Shown: positions 8,461 to 19,278, counted from the first letter of the stretch. The stretch: DNA of 64,000 nt from Corynebacterium sp. (GCF_030530965.1 NZ_JAUMTY010000004.1:12057-76056), one strand, 5' to 3'. Numbers and translations are program-made. The notes: generated from the sequence alone by a model not told the origin.

Positions 8461-11196
8461 GTGCTTGGACTCTCCTCGATCCTCCGTGTTGGCGAAGGAC
8501 GCGCCGTCAAAAGGCTGAAGAACATCGCAGATCGCGTCATCGCCCTTGAAGATGATTATGCAGCGTTGAGCGACGCGGAATTGGCCGCGAAGACCGATGA
8601 ATTCAAACAGCGCCTGAAGGATGGCGAAACGGTTAACGACCTGCTCTTGGAGGCCTTTGCCACTGCTCGTGAAGCGTCGTGGCGAGTGCTGGGACAAAAG
8701 CACTTCCCCGTGCAGGTGATGGGCGCTGCGGCCTTACACTTCGGTTCCGTCGCCGAGATGAAAACCGGTGAAGGTAAGACCTTGACCTGTGTGCTTCCCG
8801 CATACCTTAATGCCCTGGAGGGCAAAGGCGCGCACGTCGTGACGGTGAATGACTACCTGGCTAAACGTGACTCGGAGTGGATGGGCCGTGTTCACCGTTT
8901 CTTGGGCCTGAAAGTTGATGTCATTCTCTCCGGCATGACCCCGGAAGAACGCCGCCAGGCCTACAACGCGGACATTACTTATGGCACGAACAACGAGTTC
9001 GGCTTCGACTATCTGCGCGACAATATGGCCCACTCTCTGGACGAGTTGGTGCAGCGTGGTCACCATTACGCCATCGTTGACGAGGTTGACTCCATTCTTA
9101 TCGACGAAGCACGTACGCCGCTGATTATTTCCGGCCCCGCCGAGGGAACGTCGGAGTGGTACACGGCCTTCGCGCGGATTGTGCCGCGGATGACCCGCGA
9201 TATTCACTATGAGGTGGATGAGCGGAAGCGAACCGTCGGTATTCGCGAGGAAGGTGTCGAGCTGGTTGAGGATCAGCTGGGTATCGACAACTTGTACGCG
9301 CCGCAGAATTCGCAATTAGTGGGGTACCTGAATAACGCCATTAAGGCGAAGGAACTGTTTGTTCGCGATAAGGACTACATTGTTCGCAATGGTGAGGTCC
9401 TTATTGTCGACGAGTTCACCGGCCGTGTGCTGTCGGGCCGCCGCTATAACGAGGGCATGCACCAGGCTATCGAGGCCAAAGAAGGCGTAGAGATCCAGGC
9501 CGAGAACCAGACCTTGGCGACGATTACGCTGCAGAATTACTTCCGCCTGTACGACAAACTCGCCGGCATGACCGGTACCGCGGAGACTGAGGCGTCTGAG
9601 CTGCACCAGATCTACAAGCTCGACGTGAACCAGATTCCGACCAACCGGCCCAACCAGCGTATCGACAAGAGCGACCTGGTCTACAAGACGCAGGAAGCGA
9701 AATTCCGCGCCGTGGCTGACGACATCGAAGAACGCGTGCAAAAGGGGCAGCCGGTGTTGGTCGGTACGACCTCCGTCGAGCGCTCCGAGTACTTGTCGCA
9801 CCTGCTGCAGTCGAAGGGTGTGCGGCACAGCGTGCTGAACGCGAAGCACCACGAGGAAGAGGCGCAGGTTGTTGCGCAGGCCGGCCGATTGGGTGCGGTC
9901 ACCGTCGCTACGAACATGGCTGGTCGTGGTACGGACATCGTGCTCGGCGGTAACCCGGACATTATCGCGGATATTAACCTGCGTCAGCGCGGGCTCGATC
10001 CGGTGGAGACCCCCGAAGAGTACGAGCAGGCGTGGGATGAGGAGATCGCGCGCGTTCGCGATGCCTCGAAGAAGGAAGCGAAAGAGGTTTGCGAGGCCGG
10101 TGGCCTGTACGTGCTGGGCACGGAACGTCACGAGTCGCGTCGCATTGATAACCAGTTGCGTGGTCGTTGTGCACGTCAGGGCGACCCCGGTGAAACGCGG
10201 TTCTATCTCTCGATGCGCGATGAGCTAATGACGCGCTTCGTCGGGCCGTCCATGGAAGCCATGATGAATCGCCTCAACGTGCCGGACGATGTCCCGATCG
10301 AGGCGAAGATGGTGACCAACGCCATCAAGAGTGCGCAGACGCAGGTCGAAAGCCAGAACTTCGAGATGCGCAAGAACGTCTTGAAGTACGACGAGGTCAT
10401 GAACTCCCAGCGTAAAGTCATCTACGCTGAGCGTCGTCAGATTCTCGAGGGCCTGGATCTGCGCGACCAGGTTCGCGCCATGATCGACGACACCATCTCC
10501 GCGTACGTCTATGCGGAGACCGCTGACGGGTACGTTGAGGACTGGGACCTGGGTGCATTGTGGAACGCCCTGGAGAGCCTCTATGGGCCGACGATGAGTT
10601 GGCAGTCCCTCATCGATTCGTCGGAATATGGTCCGGCCGGGGAGCTTCCTGTCGAAGATCTGCGTCGGGCATTGATTGATGACGCGTTGGCCCAGTACGA
10701 GGACCTTGAGAAGGTCGTTGAGGCCATCGGGGGCGACGAGCAGATGCGTAACCTGGAGCGCTACACCCTGTTGAACGTCGTGGATCAGAAGTGGCGCGAA
10801 CACCTCTACGAGATGGATTACCTCAAAGAAGGTATCGGTTTGCGCGCGATGGCCCAGCGCGATCCCCTAGTTGAGTATCAGCGCGAGGGTGGCGACATGT
10901 TCCGCAAGATGGAGGACGGCATCAAGGAAGAGGCCGTCCGGCAGCTGTTCATGGTTCGCCAGCAGATCGAAGCGAATAAGATGCAGCAAAATGCCGACGT
11001 CAACGGTGACGGCGAAGTCGACGCGACCGACTTCGCGGGCGAGCGCCAGGAAGTGCAGATGAGCTACTCCGGGCCGGATGAGACCGGTTCTGCGTCGGCA
11101 GTGAATGAGGGTGACGCAGAGGCTCAGCCGAAGAACCGTCGTGAACGTCGTGCGGCTGCTCGGGCTCAGCGCAAGAGCGGACGTCACGCTCGGTAA
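8461..11196 (+). CDS. secA: preprotein translocase ATPase SecA
   Basis: GTG start, [14 protein letters not shown]... DEAD-like motor, 911 aa. Confidence 0.95.
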   Translation: MLGLSSILRVGEGRAVKRLKNIADRVIALEDDYAALSDAELAAKTDEFKQRLKDGETVNDLLLEAFATAREASWRVLGQKHFPVQVMGAAALHFGSVAEMKTGEGKTLTCVLPAYLNALEGKGAHVVTVNDYLAKRDSEWMGRVHRFLGLKVDVILSGMTPEERRQAYNADITYGTNNEFGFDYLRDNMAHSLDELVQRGHHYAIVDEVDSILIDEARTPLIISGPAEGTSEWYTAFARIVPRMTRDIHYEVDERKRTVGIREEGVELVEDQLGIDNLYAPQNSQLVGYLNNAIKAKELFVRDKDYIVRNGEVLIVDEFTGRVLSGRRYNEGMHQAIEAKEGVEIQAENQTLATITLQNYFRLYDKLAGMTGTAETEASELHQIYKLDVNQIPTNRPNQRIDKSDLVYKTQEAKFRAVADDIEERVQKGQPVLVGTTSVERSEYLSHLLQSKGVRHSVLNAKHHEEEAQVVAQAGRLGAVTVATNMAGRGTDIVLGGNPDIIADINLRQRGLDPVETPEEYEQAWDEEIARVRDASKKEAKEVCEAGGLYVLGTERHESRRIDNQLRGRCARQGDPGETRFYLSMRDELMTRFVGPSMEAMMNRLNVPDDVPIEAKMVTNAIKSAQTQVESQNFEMRKNVLKYDEVMNSQRKVIYAERRQILEGLDLRDQVRAMIDDTISAYVYAETADGYVEDWDLGALWNALESLYGPTMSWQSLIDSSEYGPAGELPVEDLRRALIDDALAQYEDLEKVVEAIGGDEQMRNLERYTLLNVVDQKWREHLYEMDYLKEGIGLRAMAQRDPLVEYQREGGDMFRKMEDGIKEEAVRQLFMVRQQIEANKMQQNADVNGDGEVDATDFAGERQEVQMSYSGPDETGSASAVNEGDAEAQPKNRRERRAAARAQRKSGRHAR

Positions 11197-11247
11197 CTGA
11201 TTGCCCTCCCGCGTGGAGGGCTCCGTTCATGTGGAGTGCCCGGATGT

Positions 11248-11904
11248 TCACATGAACCGGAGTGTCGCTATCCGGTAGGACGTCCGGGTTTTGGCCGCCT
11301 TACCAGCCAGTATTCGCACCCGACCTGGCTGGTGTGACCGGGGGAGGCGTGCTTGCCACGTTCCGCAGAATTCAACAAAGCGGGGGCGTTCTCCTTCGGC
11401 CTCGTTCGTCGAGCAGTGCACCATGATGAGCCGGCCCGCCACGATGGGGGCATGGGGTCTGGTGCTCAGGCGGGACAGTGTGGTGAGTGATTGACGAACA
11501 ACGGGGGCGAAATCGTCGGGGGATAATTTGGATGGCGGCCGGTGGCCGCTCGCGGTCTCTAGCGCGATGGTGACGAGTCTTCGGATTACGGCATTGGGGG
11601 TTGCCAGAGGAATTGGTGAGTAGCCGGCTTCGGATGGTGCCGGGCTGAGTAGAGAACGTTGCGCTGCAGGATTCTCCTCGTATTCGTTGGTGTCCACGTA
11701 CCCGCTGGTGTCCGCGTGATCATTGGTGTAGTCGGTGGCATCCAGAGCTGCGTGGCTCGTGACGTGATACAACAAGGTGAAACCGGGGATGGGCGCTAGC
11801 CAGTCCGGTTCGGTGAAGCGTCGGACCGGAGAAGGGGCTAGGACATTCGACCTGGTGGCTATCGCTTCTTCCGCTGCTGAGTTCATAGTGGTTGCAGTGT
11901 TCAT
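11248..11904 (-). CDS. Rv3235-family conserved actinobacterial protein (function unknown)
   Basis: Pro/Ala-rich, C-terminal ...RLVTIALETASGHRPPSKLSP...VHCSTNEAEG...FCGTWQARL. Located downstream of secA as in mycobacteria. Start uncertain (ORF runs to 12033). Confidence 0.5.
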   Translation of the reverse strand: MNTATTMNSAAEEAIATRSNVLAPSPVRRFTEPDWLAPIPGFTLLYHVTSHAALDATDYTNDHADTSGYVDTNEYEENPAAQRSLLSPAPSEAGYSPIPLATPNAVIRRLVTIALETASGHRPPSKLSPDDFAPVVRQSLTTLSRLSTRPHAPIVAGRLIMVHCSTNEAEGERPRFVEFCGTWQARLPRSHQPGRVRILAGKAAKTRTSYRIATLRFM

Positions 11905-12031
11905 ACTTGGTTTGACGTAAAAATGCGCTCTTGGTTCCATCCGGCGCGAGATATGCCACTCCATAGTCATATATGCCACGCCCACACTGAGACAGGGCAT
12001 CGAATCCGAAGTTCGATTACGATAGTGCGTC

Positions 12032-12442
12032 ATGAGAGGTTTGATTGTGGATTATTGTGGCGTTTTAGACGTGTCCGAGGAGGACGCGGACCGGTGGCGC
12101 GCCCTGCTCCAAGCAGCGAAAGCAAATGGCGTGGCCACCGCTGTTTTGTCGAATGATCCCGGCGGACCCCAAGCAGATCCCATCCGCGAGTGGGAACGCT
12201 CTGGCACCGTCGATGCCGTCGTCCTTTCCGGTGAGGTCGGGGCGGATAAGCCGTCGGAGGAAGTTTTCCAGGCAGCTGCCGACGCTATCGAACTCCCACT
12301 GAGCGATTGTGTTCTGGTGGATGATTCGATCGAAAACGTCAAGGGTGCTGTGGAATCCGGAATGGTCGGGGTGCTGTACCAGCAGTTTGACCGGACGGTT
12401 GTACAGGTGACGGGCTTGTTCGGTCTGGATGGTGACTTCTAG
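12032..12442 (+). CDS. HAD-superfamily hydrolase (small)
   Basis: Motif I DYCGVL, motif III K in DKPSEEVF, motif IV VDDSIENV. Confidence 0.6.
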   Translation: MRGLIVDYCGVLDVSEEDADRWRALLQAAKANGVATAVLSNDPGGPQADPIREWERSGTVDAVVLSGEVGADKPSEEVFQAAADAIELPLSDCVLVDDSIENVKGAVESGMVGVLYQQFDRTVVQVTGLFGLDGDF

Positions 12443-12959
12443 GTTGGCAACAATGCGGATTTACGTGCCGGCCACGTTCAGTACGTTGCAGGAGCTGGCG
12501 GAGAACAAATCTATGCCGGTACGTAGCGGTGTCGCCTTTGCCGTCACCCCGGCTTTGCGCGAGTACTTCACTTCGGGTGACGACGAAGAGCTGGGCTATC
12601 AGGCGTATTTAGATGCGGGCCGGGCTTCCTTGCGGTTGCTCTCGGTGGGGGACGAAGACCGTTTCCCTCATCGCCGTGTCATCCTCACTTTCGAGGTGGA
12701 TGAGTCCACAGTGACTCCGGACCCGACGTCGGGCGAATCAACGGTCCGGTTGGACCCGCCGACATTATCTGCCGATGATCTTGCGTCCATTCATATCGAC
12801 GTCAAACAGGCTGAAGAGGATACAGCGCAGGCGTTACGCGTCATCGACGAAGCCGACTTGGGCGACGACGATGCGGAGCATCTCCTGGCTAACTGCGAGG
12901 ATCACGACCTCGCGTGGTACGACCCTCAGGAGCTGTCGATGGTGGTTCAGCTTTTGTAG
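12429..12959 (+). CDS. conserved hypothetical protein, acidic
   Basis: Coherent ORF. Likely true start MRIYVPATFSTL at 12453. No family recognised. Confidence 0.5.
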   Translation: MVTSRLATMRIYVPATFSTLQELAENKSMPVRSGVAFAVTPALREYFTSGDDEELGYQAYLDAGRASLRLLSVGDEDRFPHRRVILTFEVDESTVTPDPTSGESTVRLDPPTLSADDLASIHIDVKQAEEDTAQALRVIDEADLGDDDAEHLLANCEDHDLAWYDPQELSMVVQLL

Positions 12960-14586
12960 AACTTGCCGACGCTGACCCTGCCGATGCAGATCCGGCAGGT
13001 GGAGACCCTGCCGACGGAGAGTGCATGCCCTGATCCTGGGCGCTGTCCTCCGCCACCTTTTCAATCCGATGCCAGCCCGGCTCAGTGGTGTGAGTGCTTC
13101 GTGACGGCCGAGCAGCCTTTTGCGACCGCATATCGTCGGCAAACGGACCATGCTGAGCAGTGGCGACGCCGGCCTTATTGGGTGTGACCGTGCGCCGGAA
13201 TAGCCAATTCTGCCCCTTCTGTGTCGCGCGCACAGCGAGCGCTGCAGCAATGACGGCGACGAACATGGCGAGGTAGCCGTCGGCACCCTGATTGGTGAAC
13301 TCGACGGCTGCGACCAGCCCAAATAGCGGTGCGGCCATCGTCGTCGAGAGGAATGCGGCCGCTCCCAACAGTGCGCACGCACGGGGGTCGACGCTGGGGA
13401 ACATCCATTGTCCCACGTAGCCCAACACGCATCCGAGTAACGCGCCTAAGGCGAAGGAGGGCGTCAGGATTCCGCCGACCGCGCCCGCCCAGAAGCTCGC
13501 GCAGGTCACCGCCAGGCGGATGATGAACACTGCGATGGCCCCGCCGAGTGTCACCCGCGCGGTGAGCGCAAGGTTGGCGGAGTACGCACCATTACCGCTG
13601 GATCCCAGGAAAAAGAGCGACAGAACCCCGACGACGGCCATCACGCCGGTCAGGGCCAGCCATTGCCAGCGTGCCGACACCGGCCGCGCGGATGCCCGAT
13701 GAGCCAGGCGCGCGAAATAGTCGCCGGCCAGGCCGGCTATCGAGCCGACGACAACAGCGCAGAGCAAAGTCAGTGCGCTTTCGTTTAATTGCGCCGCGTC
13801 ATAGGTGACTCGTGGTGCGCCCAGGAGGCCCGAGACCGTCGTCGCGACCACCGAGCAGGTCATCGTCGTCACGACTGCTCGTACGGAGGCGGATACCAGG
13901 AGCAGTTCGATGGTGAACAAAGCGCCGGCCAAGGGTAGGTGGAACGACGCTGCCATGCCTGCCCCGGCCGCCGACGCAACGAGGAGCCGGAGGGTTCGTC
14001 GGTCTACCTCCCACAACCGAGAGAACGCGGAGGCAATGAGTGCCCCGATCTGGCGGGGAGCCTGCTCACGACCGATGGGGACGCCCGCAGACACGCTGAT
14101 GATCTGCAGCAATGAGCTAGAGAGCGTGGAGCCGACGGGCATCGTGGTGCCCTGCATGGCCTGGGGGATAGAGACGCGCCGGGTGGATCGCCAGTGCAAC
14201 ACGGCCCACCCGACCCCGGAGATGAATCCCACGGCCACGAGGTGAATGAGCAGATTGATGGTGGGGCCGAGCGAATCGAGGGGAGATATCTCGTGTTGAT
14301 GGTCGGAGCCGTACACTAACCGCTCGGTGAACAAGATCAGTTGGGCCACTCCTGCGATGAACGCGCCCACGATAATCCCGATGATGGTGGCGTAGACGGC
14401 GACGAGCCCGATGGGAGATCGTGACACGCTGGAGGTGGGCACGGGCGGGAATTGCGAAATGTCATCATCGCCGGCCGACGCGATGGAGTACGACCGCAAT
14501 CGGGTACGGAGGGGGTGTTCGCACGACGAATCGGTGGCGCGCGTGTTTCTCTGTTGCCAGTTGTTCACCACCCTGCGCCACCACAT
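12889..14586 (-). CDS. ClC-family chloride/anion channel or antiporter paralog A, with low-complexity S/A/G/P C-terminal tail
   Basis: Multi-TM. GREQAP (GREGP-like, gating Glu present) and GGILTPS (GxFxP-like) motifs. 3' end overlaps convergent gene by about 70 nt. Confidence 0.8.
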   Translation of the reverse strand: MWWRRVVNNWQQRNTRATDSSCEHPLRTRLRSYSIASAGDDDISQFPPVPTSSVSRSPIGLVAVYATIIGIIVGAFIAGVAQLILFTERLVYGSDHQHEISPLDSLGPTINLLIHLVAVGFISGVGWAVLHWRSTRRVSIPQAMQGTTMPVGSTLSSSLLQIISVSAGVPIGREQAPRQIGALIASAFSRLWEVDRRTLRLLVASAAGAGMAASFHLPLAGALFTIELLLVSASVRAVVTTMTCSVVATTVSGLLGAPRVTYDAAQLNESALTLLCAVVVGSIAGLAGDYFARLAHRASARPVSARWQWLALTGVMAVVGVLSLFFLGSSGNGAYSANLALTARVTLGGAIAVFIIRLAVTCASFWAGAVGGILTPSFALGALLGCVLGYVGQWMFPSVDPRACALLGAAAFLSTTMAAPLFGLVAAVEFTNQGADGYLAMFVAVIAAALAVRATQKGQNWLFRRTVTPNKAGVATAQHGPFADDMRSQKAARPSRSTHTTEPGWHRIEKVAEDSAQDQGMHSPSAGSPPAGSASAGSASASSTKAEPPSTAPEGRTTRGRDPRS

Positions 14587-14603
14587 GAAAATAGGTTAAG
14601 GGT

Positions 14604-15917
14604 TCACTGGCGTGTCAAGAAAGAAAAGGTTCCTGCCCCGCGACATTTTTTACTCAATGTGGGGTAGATCAGGGGCAGACTTGCGACGATCACCGCGACG
14701 GCGATGGCAGGAATGCTCGAGAGCCCTTGCCCTGTGAATTCCACGGTGATGAGGAGGGCGAATAGGGGAGCGCGTTGTGCCGTGGCGAGGAAGGCTGCCC
14801 CGCCCAAGACAGCGCAGGCGAGGATCGGTGTTCCGTGGACATGTCCGGCGAGGACGTTGGGCGCGCTTATTGCACTTCCGACGGAGCCCATGACCTCTGC
14901 GAGAGCAACGCCCGCCAAGGCCCCGGCCATCACGCCGATAGAGAAGCTCGGTGTCAGGATCCCGCCGAACGCTCCGCTGGCGAGGCTGATGAGCGTGACG
15001 AGGATGTTCAGCGCACAGAGTACCGCAAGAGCTTTCCACCCTATCGACGCGTCGAACGCGGAGACCGCCGCGTATTTTCCGTTGCCGGCAAGAGCGGGAA
15101 GGCTCATTGCTGCGACGCCGACCAGGGCGAACCCGATGGGCATGCGGTACAGCACGCGGGAGTCGTGGGTGGCCCAGTGTTGGCACCAACGAGCAAGGCG
15201 ACGGAACGCGCTGCCCAAAGGGCCGATGATCACGCCAACCACGATGGCGAACAGCAAGGTTGTCCATGAACAGGTCACTCGCGGCGCGCTGTATTGCAGC
15301 CCGGTGGGCTCGATAAGAGCGGATACGACGGTCGCGATCACGCAGGTCGCACTCACGACGATGACTTTGTGAAGTCGGATGCCCACCCCGCACAATTCGA
15401 TGGCGAACGCGATACCCGCCAAGGGAACGTGATAGGCGGCGGCAAGTCCCGCCCCTGCGGCCGACGCAATAAGCAGTCGCCGGAGTTCGGGAGACATGCG
15501 CGCCCATGCGGCAACGCGGTCGGCCCATAATGCACCAGCGACGCGCGGTGCGTTCTCCCGACCCACGGACGCGCCGGTGCCGACTTGCGCCACCTGGAGG
15601 GCAACATTTGTGCTGGTCTCGGGGACCGGGGATGGTTGTCCGTCGAGCGACTGTGGCACTGATGGTTGCGGACGTCCCCAGCGTTGGAGGGCCCACCACG
15701 CAATACTTCCGACGATGCCCGATGCGATGTACACGGTCAGAATTCGGCCGGGGGAGGTGGCGTCGGTAGGAATTGTCGCGGTGGATTCGTCAGCACCGAA
15801 AGAGAGTTTCTCGACGGCCAGGAAAAGGATGGTCAGGAGTGCTGCGGATACTCCGGTGAGCGCAGCCACCCCGGCAACGCACAGACTGAGGACGGCGAGG
15901 CGGCGACTACGAGTCAT
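14604..15917 (-). CDS. ClC-family channel paralog B
   Basis: GRENAP and GGILTPS motifs. ATG at 15915-15917 overlaps rsgA stop by 11 nt. The 606-aa track ORF extends spuriously into rsgA. Confidence 0.8.
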   Translation of the reverse strand: MTRSRRLAVLSLCVAGVAALTGVSAALLTILFLAVEKLSFGADESTATIPTDATSPGRILTVYIASGIVGSIAWWALQRWGRPQPSVPQSLDGQPSPVPETSTNVALQVAQVGTGASVGRENAPRVAGALWADRVAAWARMSPELRRLLIASAAGAGLAAAYHVPLAGIAFAIELCGVGIRLHKVIVVSATCVIATVVSALIEPTGLQYSAPRVTCSWTTLLFAIVVGVIIGPLGSAFRRLARWCQHWATHDSRVLYRMPIGFALVGVAAMSLPALAGNGKYAAVSAFDASIGWKALAVLCALNILVTLISLASGAFGGILTPSFSIGVMAGALAGVALAEVMGSVGSAISAPNVLAGHVHGTPILACAVLGGAAFLATAQRAPLFALLITVEFTGQGLSSIPAIAVAVIVASLPLIYPTLSKKCRGAGTFSFLTRQ

Positions 15918-17040
15918 CCCGATTGAGGTCCCACTCGTCATTGGATCGCAAGGTTTCCAGGACGGACCGGATCGCGTGGACGCGCCGGGCGGTTGCGCCG
16001 GTGGCGGTGTCGAGCGCGCACTCGGGGTCGGCGGGCGGCCCCATGTGGGTGCATCCCCGCGGGCAGTCGGTGATGAGTTCGGCGAGGTCCTCGAACGCGG
16101 CGATGACCGTATCGGGATCGACATGGGCCAGGCCGAAGGAACGAATTCCTGGGGTGTCGATGATCCACCCGGCGTCGGCTGGTTCGTCTTCCGTGGCGTG
16201 CGCGGTGTCACGCGGTGGTTCGCCGTCCAGGGTATCCGGCGAAGTGTTGTCTTCGAGCAAAGCGCCCGTCGGCAAGCGGAGGGCCACCGATTGCGTGGAC
16301 GTGTGTTTTCCCTTGCCGACGCCGGACACTTCCCCGGTAGCTCGGTCTGCGTCCGGGACGAGGCGGTTGACCAGGGTTGATTTGCCGACGCCCGAGTGCC
16401 CGATGAGCGCCGTGACATGCCCACGCGTCAGGCGTCGGACGTCGGTAATGTCGTCTTCTTGTCCGGCGATGACGATGCGGATGTCGAGATCCTCGAATTC
16501 GTGCGCAAAGGGCGCGGGATCGGTGAGGTCGCTCTTGGTCAGGCACAGGATGGGGGAGATGCCGCCGGCGAAAGCGGCCACGAGGGCACGCTCCACGAAC
16601 CCCGCCCGGGGCGGCGGATCCGCGACGGACGAGACAATGAGCAGCTGATCAGCATTGGCGACGACGATGCGTTCGTAGGGGTCGTTGTCGTCCGCAGTGC
16701 GCCGGAGGATGGAGCGCCGATCCGCCAGCTTCACGATCCGCGCGAGCGTCCCTGGGTTTCCCGACGTGTCGCCGACCACGCCCACACGGTCACCGACAAC
16801 GATGGGGGTTCGGCCGAGTTCGCGGGCGCGCATACACACGATGGCGCGTGCGTCGTCGGAAGCGTCTGGTGTGTCGTCCAGGACAACTCCCCACCGTCCG
16901 CGATCTTTGGTGATGACCATGCCCCACTGCGCATCCTTGTGGGAGGGACGGTCTTTCGTGCGTGGCCGGGAGCCTTTTCCTGGGCGAATGTGGACATCGC
17001 TTTCATCCCAGTCGCGTGAGGGGCGTCGTCGTGCGCTCAT
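15907..17040 (-). CDS. rsgA: ribosome small-subunit-dependent GTPase A
   Basis: [11 protein letters not shown]-loop. C-terminal zinc motif CPRGCTH...C. 4-nt overlap with aroA. Confidence 0.85.
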   Translation of the reverse strand: MSARRRPSRDWDESDVHIRPGKGSRPRTKDRPSHKDAQWGMVITKDRGRWGVVLDDTPDASDDARAIVCMRARELGRTPIVVGDRVGVVGDTSGNPGTLARIVKLADRRSILRRTADDNDPYERIVVANADQLLIVSSVADPPPRAGFVERALVAAFAGGISPILCLTKSDLTDPAPFAHEFEDLDIRIVIAGQEDDITDVRRLTRGHVTALIGHSGVGKSTLVNRLVPDADRATGEVSGVGKGKHTSTQSVALRLPTGALLEDNTSPDTLDGEPPRDTAHATEDEPADAGWIIDTPGIRSFGLAHVDPDTVIAAFEDLAELITDCPRGCTHMGPPADPECALDTATGATARRVHAIRSVLETLRSNDEWDLNRDDS

Positions 17041-18530
17041 TCATGGCCACCTTCTGCAGAATTCGTGGCTGTCAGCCACGTTCGTGCAAAATCGGGGAAG
17101 GTTTTCGAAGTAGTCCCAATATTTTCGACGCGAACCCCGGGCACGGCCAAACCGATGACGGCGCCGGCTGTGGCCATGCGGTGATCGTCGTAGGTGGGCC
17201 AGGTGTCGCCGTGAAGTGGGGCCGGGGTGATGATGAGGCCGTCGTCGGTTTCCTCGACTTGGCCGCCGAGCGCGTTGATGTTGGTGGCCAGGGCATGCAG
17301 GCGGTCGGTTTCGTGTCCGCGCAGGTGAGCGATCCCGTACAGGTGGGAGGGGGTATCCGCGAGGGCGGCGAGGGCCGCGATAGTGGGGGTAAGCTCGCCG
17401 ACGTCGTGGAGATCCATCGTGATCCCGGTCAGGCCGGTGCCGGATGTGCGACCGTCTGCGGGCGCATCAGGACCAGTGACGACGAGGTCGTGGTCGACGA
17501 GGTCACAATGAGCCCCCATGTTCTCCAGGATGGTGCGGAATTGGTCTCCCGGTTGCGTTGTTTTGGTGGGCCAGTTCGGGATGACGACGCGCCCTCCCGT
17601 GACTGCCGCGGCGGCCATAAATGGGGTGGCGTTGGACAGGTCGGGCTCGATAACCCACCGGTTCGGCTGAATCTCACCAGGCGCAACCTGCCACGTGTGC
17701 GGTTCCGGCATCGTGACATCAATACCCGCATCCCGCAGCATGTCGATAGTCATCTCGATGTGCGGCTGTGAGGGAAGCGTGGCCCCTGTGTGCGTCACCG
17801 TAATCCCATGAGTGAAGCGCGCCGCCGAGAGCAGCAGCCCCGAAATAAATTGCGAGCTCGACGACGCATCAATGCGGATAGCTCCCCCGCGCGGTCCCTC
17901 AGTAGTGCCGACGTGTGACGCGCGCGGATTCTCGGTCGACGAGTGCCCATCCGACGATGCTGACGCCCCCTCAATCCGCAGCGGAAGTGAGTCGCCCTCG
18001 ACGGTGACGCCTAATTGACGCAGCGCGTCGGCCATGGTTTTTAGCGGACGCTTGCGCGCGTGCGGGTCGCCGTCGATAAGAACTGGCCCGTCGGCAAGAG
18101 CCGCGACGGGAGGTAGGAAGCGCATAACCGTCCCGGCGAGTCCGCAGTCGACAGTTGCTCCGTGCAGTTGAGACGTCGGCGTGACGAGGAGGGAAAGCGA
18201 TGCCGGTGGTGTTCGTCGGCAATTATTGTCTGTTGACGACGAGTCGGACGAAGAGTCCGACGACGAATCGCTCTCCTCGATAGTGACCCCCATAGCTCGC
18301 AGTGCAGCGATCATGAGGTCCGTGTCCCGGCTGCGCAGCGCACCTGTAATGGTGGAGGGGCCCGATGCCAGTGCCGCGAGAATGAGCGCCCGGTTTGTCA
18401 TGGATTTGGAACCGGGGATGGTCACGGTGGCGGTGACAGGGCGTTGGGGAGTGGGGGCCTCCCACAGTGGGGTGTCGGGTGACTGCGCTTTCACGGTTGT
18501 CATTGTTGCATTATCGGCGGGGGACTGCAT
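17037..18530 (-). CDS. aroA: 3-phosphoshikimate 1-carboxyvinyltransferase (EPSP synthase) with internal (SDSS)n insertion
   Basis: [19 protein letters not shown]... canonical EPSPS N-terminus. [13 protein letters not shown] insert near residue 90. Confidence 0.85.
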   Translation of the reverse strand: MQSPADNATMTTVKAQSPDTPLWEAPTPQRPVTATVTIPGSKSMTNRALILAALASGPSTITGALRSRDTDLMIAALRAMGVTIEESDSSSDSSSDSSSTDNNCRRTPPASLSLLVTPTSQLHGATVDCGLAGTVMRFLPPVAALADGPVLIDGDPHARKRPLKTMADALRQLGVTVEGDSLPLRIEGASASSDGHSSTENPRASHVGTTEGPRGGAIRIDASSSSQFISGLLLSAARFTHGITVTHTGATLPSQPHIEMTIDMLRDAGIDVTMPEPHTWQVAPGEIQPNRWVIEPDLSNATPFMAAAAVTGGRVVIPNWPTKTTQPGDQFRTILENMGAHCDLVDHDLVVTGPDAPADGRTSGTGLTGITMDLHDVGELTPTIAALAALADTPSHLYGIAHLRGHETDRLHALATNINALGGQVEETDDGLIITPAPLHGDTWPTYDDHRMATAGAVIGLAVPGVRVENIGTTSKTFPDFARTWLTATNSAEGGHE

Positions 18531-18562
18531 AGAAGTGCGTCATGGCGGGGGTTGGCACAAAT

Positions 18563-19126
18563 CTAGTGGCCTTCGAGTATGTCGGCGGTGGTGGCGTCGG
18601 TGAGTGAAATGAGGTCCTGCGGGGATAGCCCGATATCGAGGCCGCGCTTGCCCCCAGAGACGTACATGGTGTCGCAAAGGAGGGCGGTTTCGTCGATAAC
18701 GGTAGGAAGGCGATGCTTCTGGCCGAGCGGAGAGATCCCGCCGGTGATATATCCGCTGCTGCGCTCTGCATCCTTAGGCTTCGCCATGCTGGCTTTTCCG
18801 TGCCCGTATCCGCGTTCCTTCAAAGCGACGGCAGCGTGTTTGAGGGACAGCCTCCCGGTGACGGGGACCACCGCTACCGCCAGGTCGGGCTTGGGTTCTT
18901 TCCCGGCAGCGAGGTCAATGAGCAGGGTTTTGAAAATTTGATCGGCCTCGATTCCTTCGCTCGCCAGCATCTCAGCAGCTTCTTCGCCGTAATTGTTTGT
19001 GTGGTGGTCGAATTCCCGAACCTCGTGATCGACGCCGGCATCTGCGCACACTTGTAGCGCGGGTGTTGCGGCTCGGCCTGTTTTCTTCCCTGACGCTGCT
19101 TTCCCATGACCCTTCTTGCCACTCAT
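18563..19126 (-). CDS. ybaK: Cys-tRNA(Pro)/Cys-tRNA(Cys) deacylase YbaK, with Lys/Gly-rich N-terminal extension
   Basis: YbaK/EbsC fold signature ...GGISPLG...TLLIDL.... MSGKKGHGKAASGKK N-terminus. Confidence 0.75.
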   Translation of the reverse strand: MSGKKGHGKAASGKKTGRAATPALQVCADAGVDHEVREFDHHTNNYGEEAAEMLASEGIEADQIFKTLLIDLAAGKEPKPDLAVAVVPVTGRLSLKHAAVALKERGYGHGKASMAKPKDAERSSGYITGGISPLGQKHRLPTVIDETALLCDTMYVSGGKRGLDIGLSPQDLISLTDATTADILEGH

Positions 19127-19173
19127 GGCTGCTATTTGTACACCGTCACGGAAAGTAAATACACGGTGGGGGC

Positions 19174-19278
19174 ATGTCGATTACGATCATGTCGGTTACG
19201 ATGAAGAACGATGACTGCGAATGTTGCGACTGTTCTGTGTCGATCGATGTCGGGAACTTGGCTGGTGATAGGGAATAA
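19174..19278 (+). CDS. candidate 34-aa poly-Cys small ORF in sigH leader (MSITIMSVTMKNDDCECCDCSVSIDVGNLAGDRE)
   Basis: ATG preceded by GGTGGGGG. Contains the 14-bp tandem repeat atgtcg(a/g)ttacgat. Same strand as sigH, 108 nt upstream. Confidence 0.25.
   Translation: MSITIMSVTMKNDDCECCDCSVSIDVGNLAGDRE

Noticed and set aside
7446-10131. Long minus-strand ORFs (7446-8234, 8734-9315, 9316-10131) over hpf and secA
   Set aside because: Antisense to clearly recognisable genes. Typical high-GC artefacts.
15918-16424. N-terminal 169 residues of the 606-aa ClC-B ORF
   Set aside because: Non-membrane, Pro/Arg/Ser-rich, and lies inside rsgA coding sequence. The channel starts at ATG 15917.
14650-16648. 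ORFs 14650-15699 (-), 14704-15372 (+), 15496-16380 (+), 15923-16648 (+)
   Set aside because: Overlap ClC-B and rsgA in other frames or on the other strand. Arg/Pro-rich composition.
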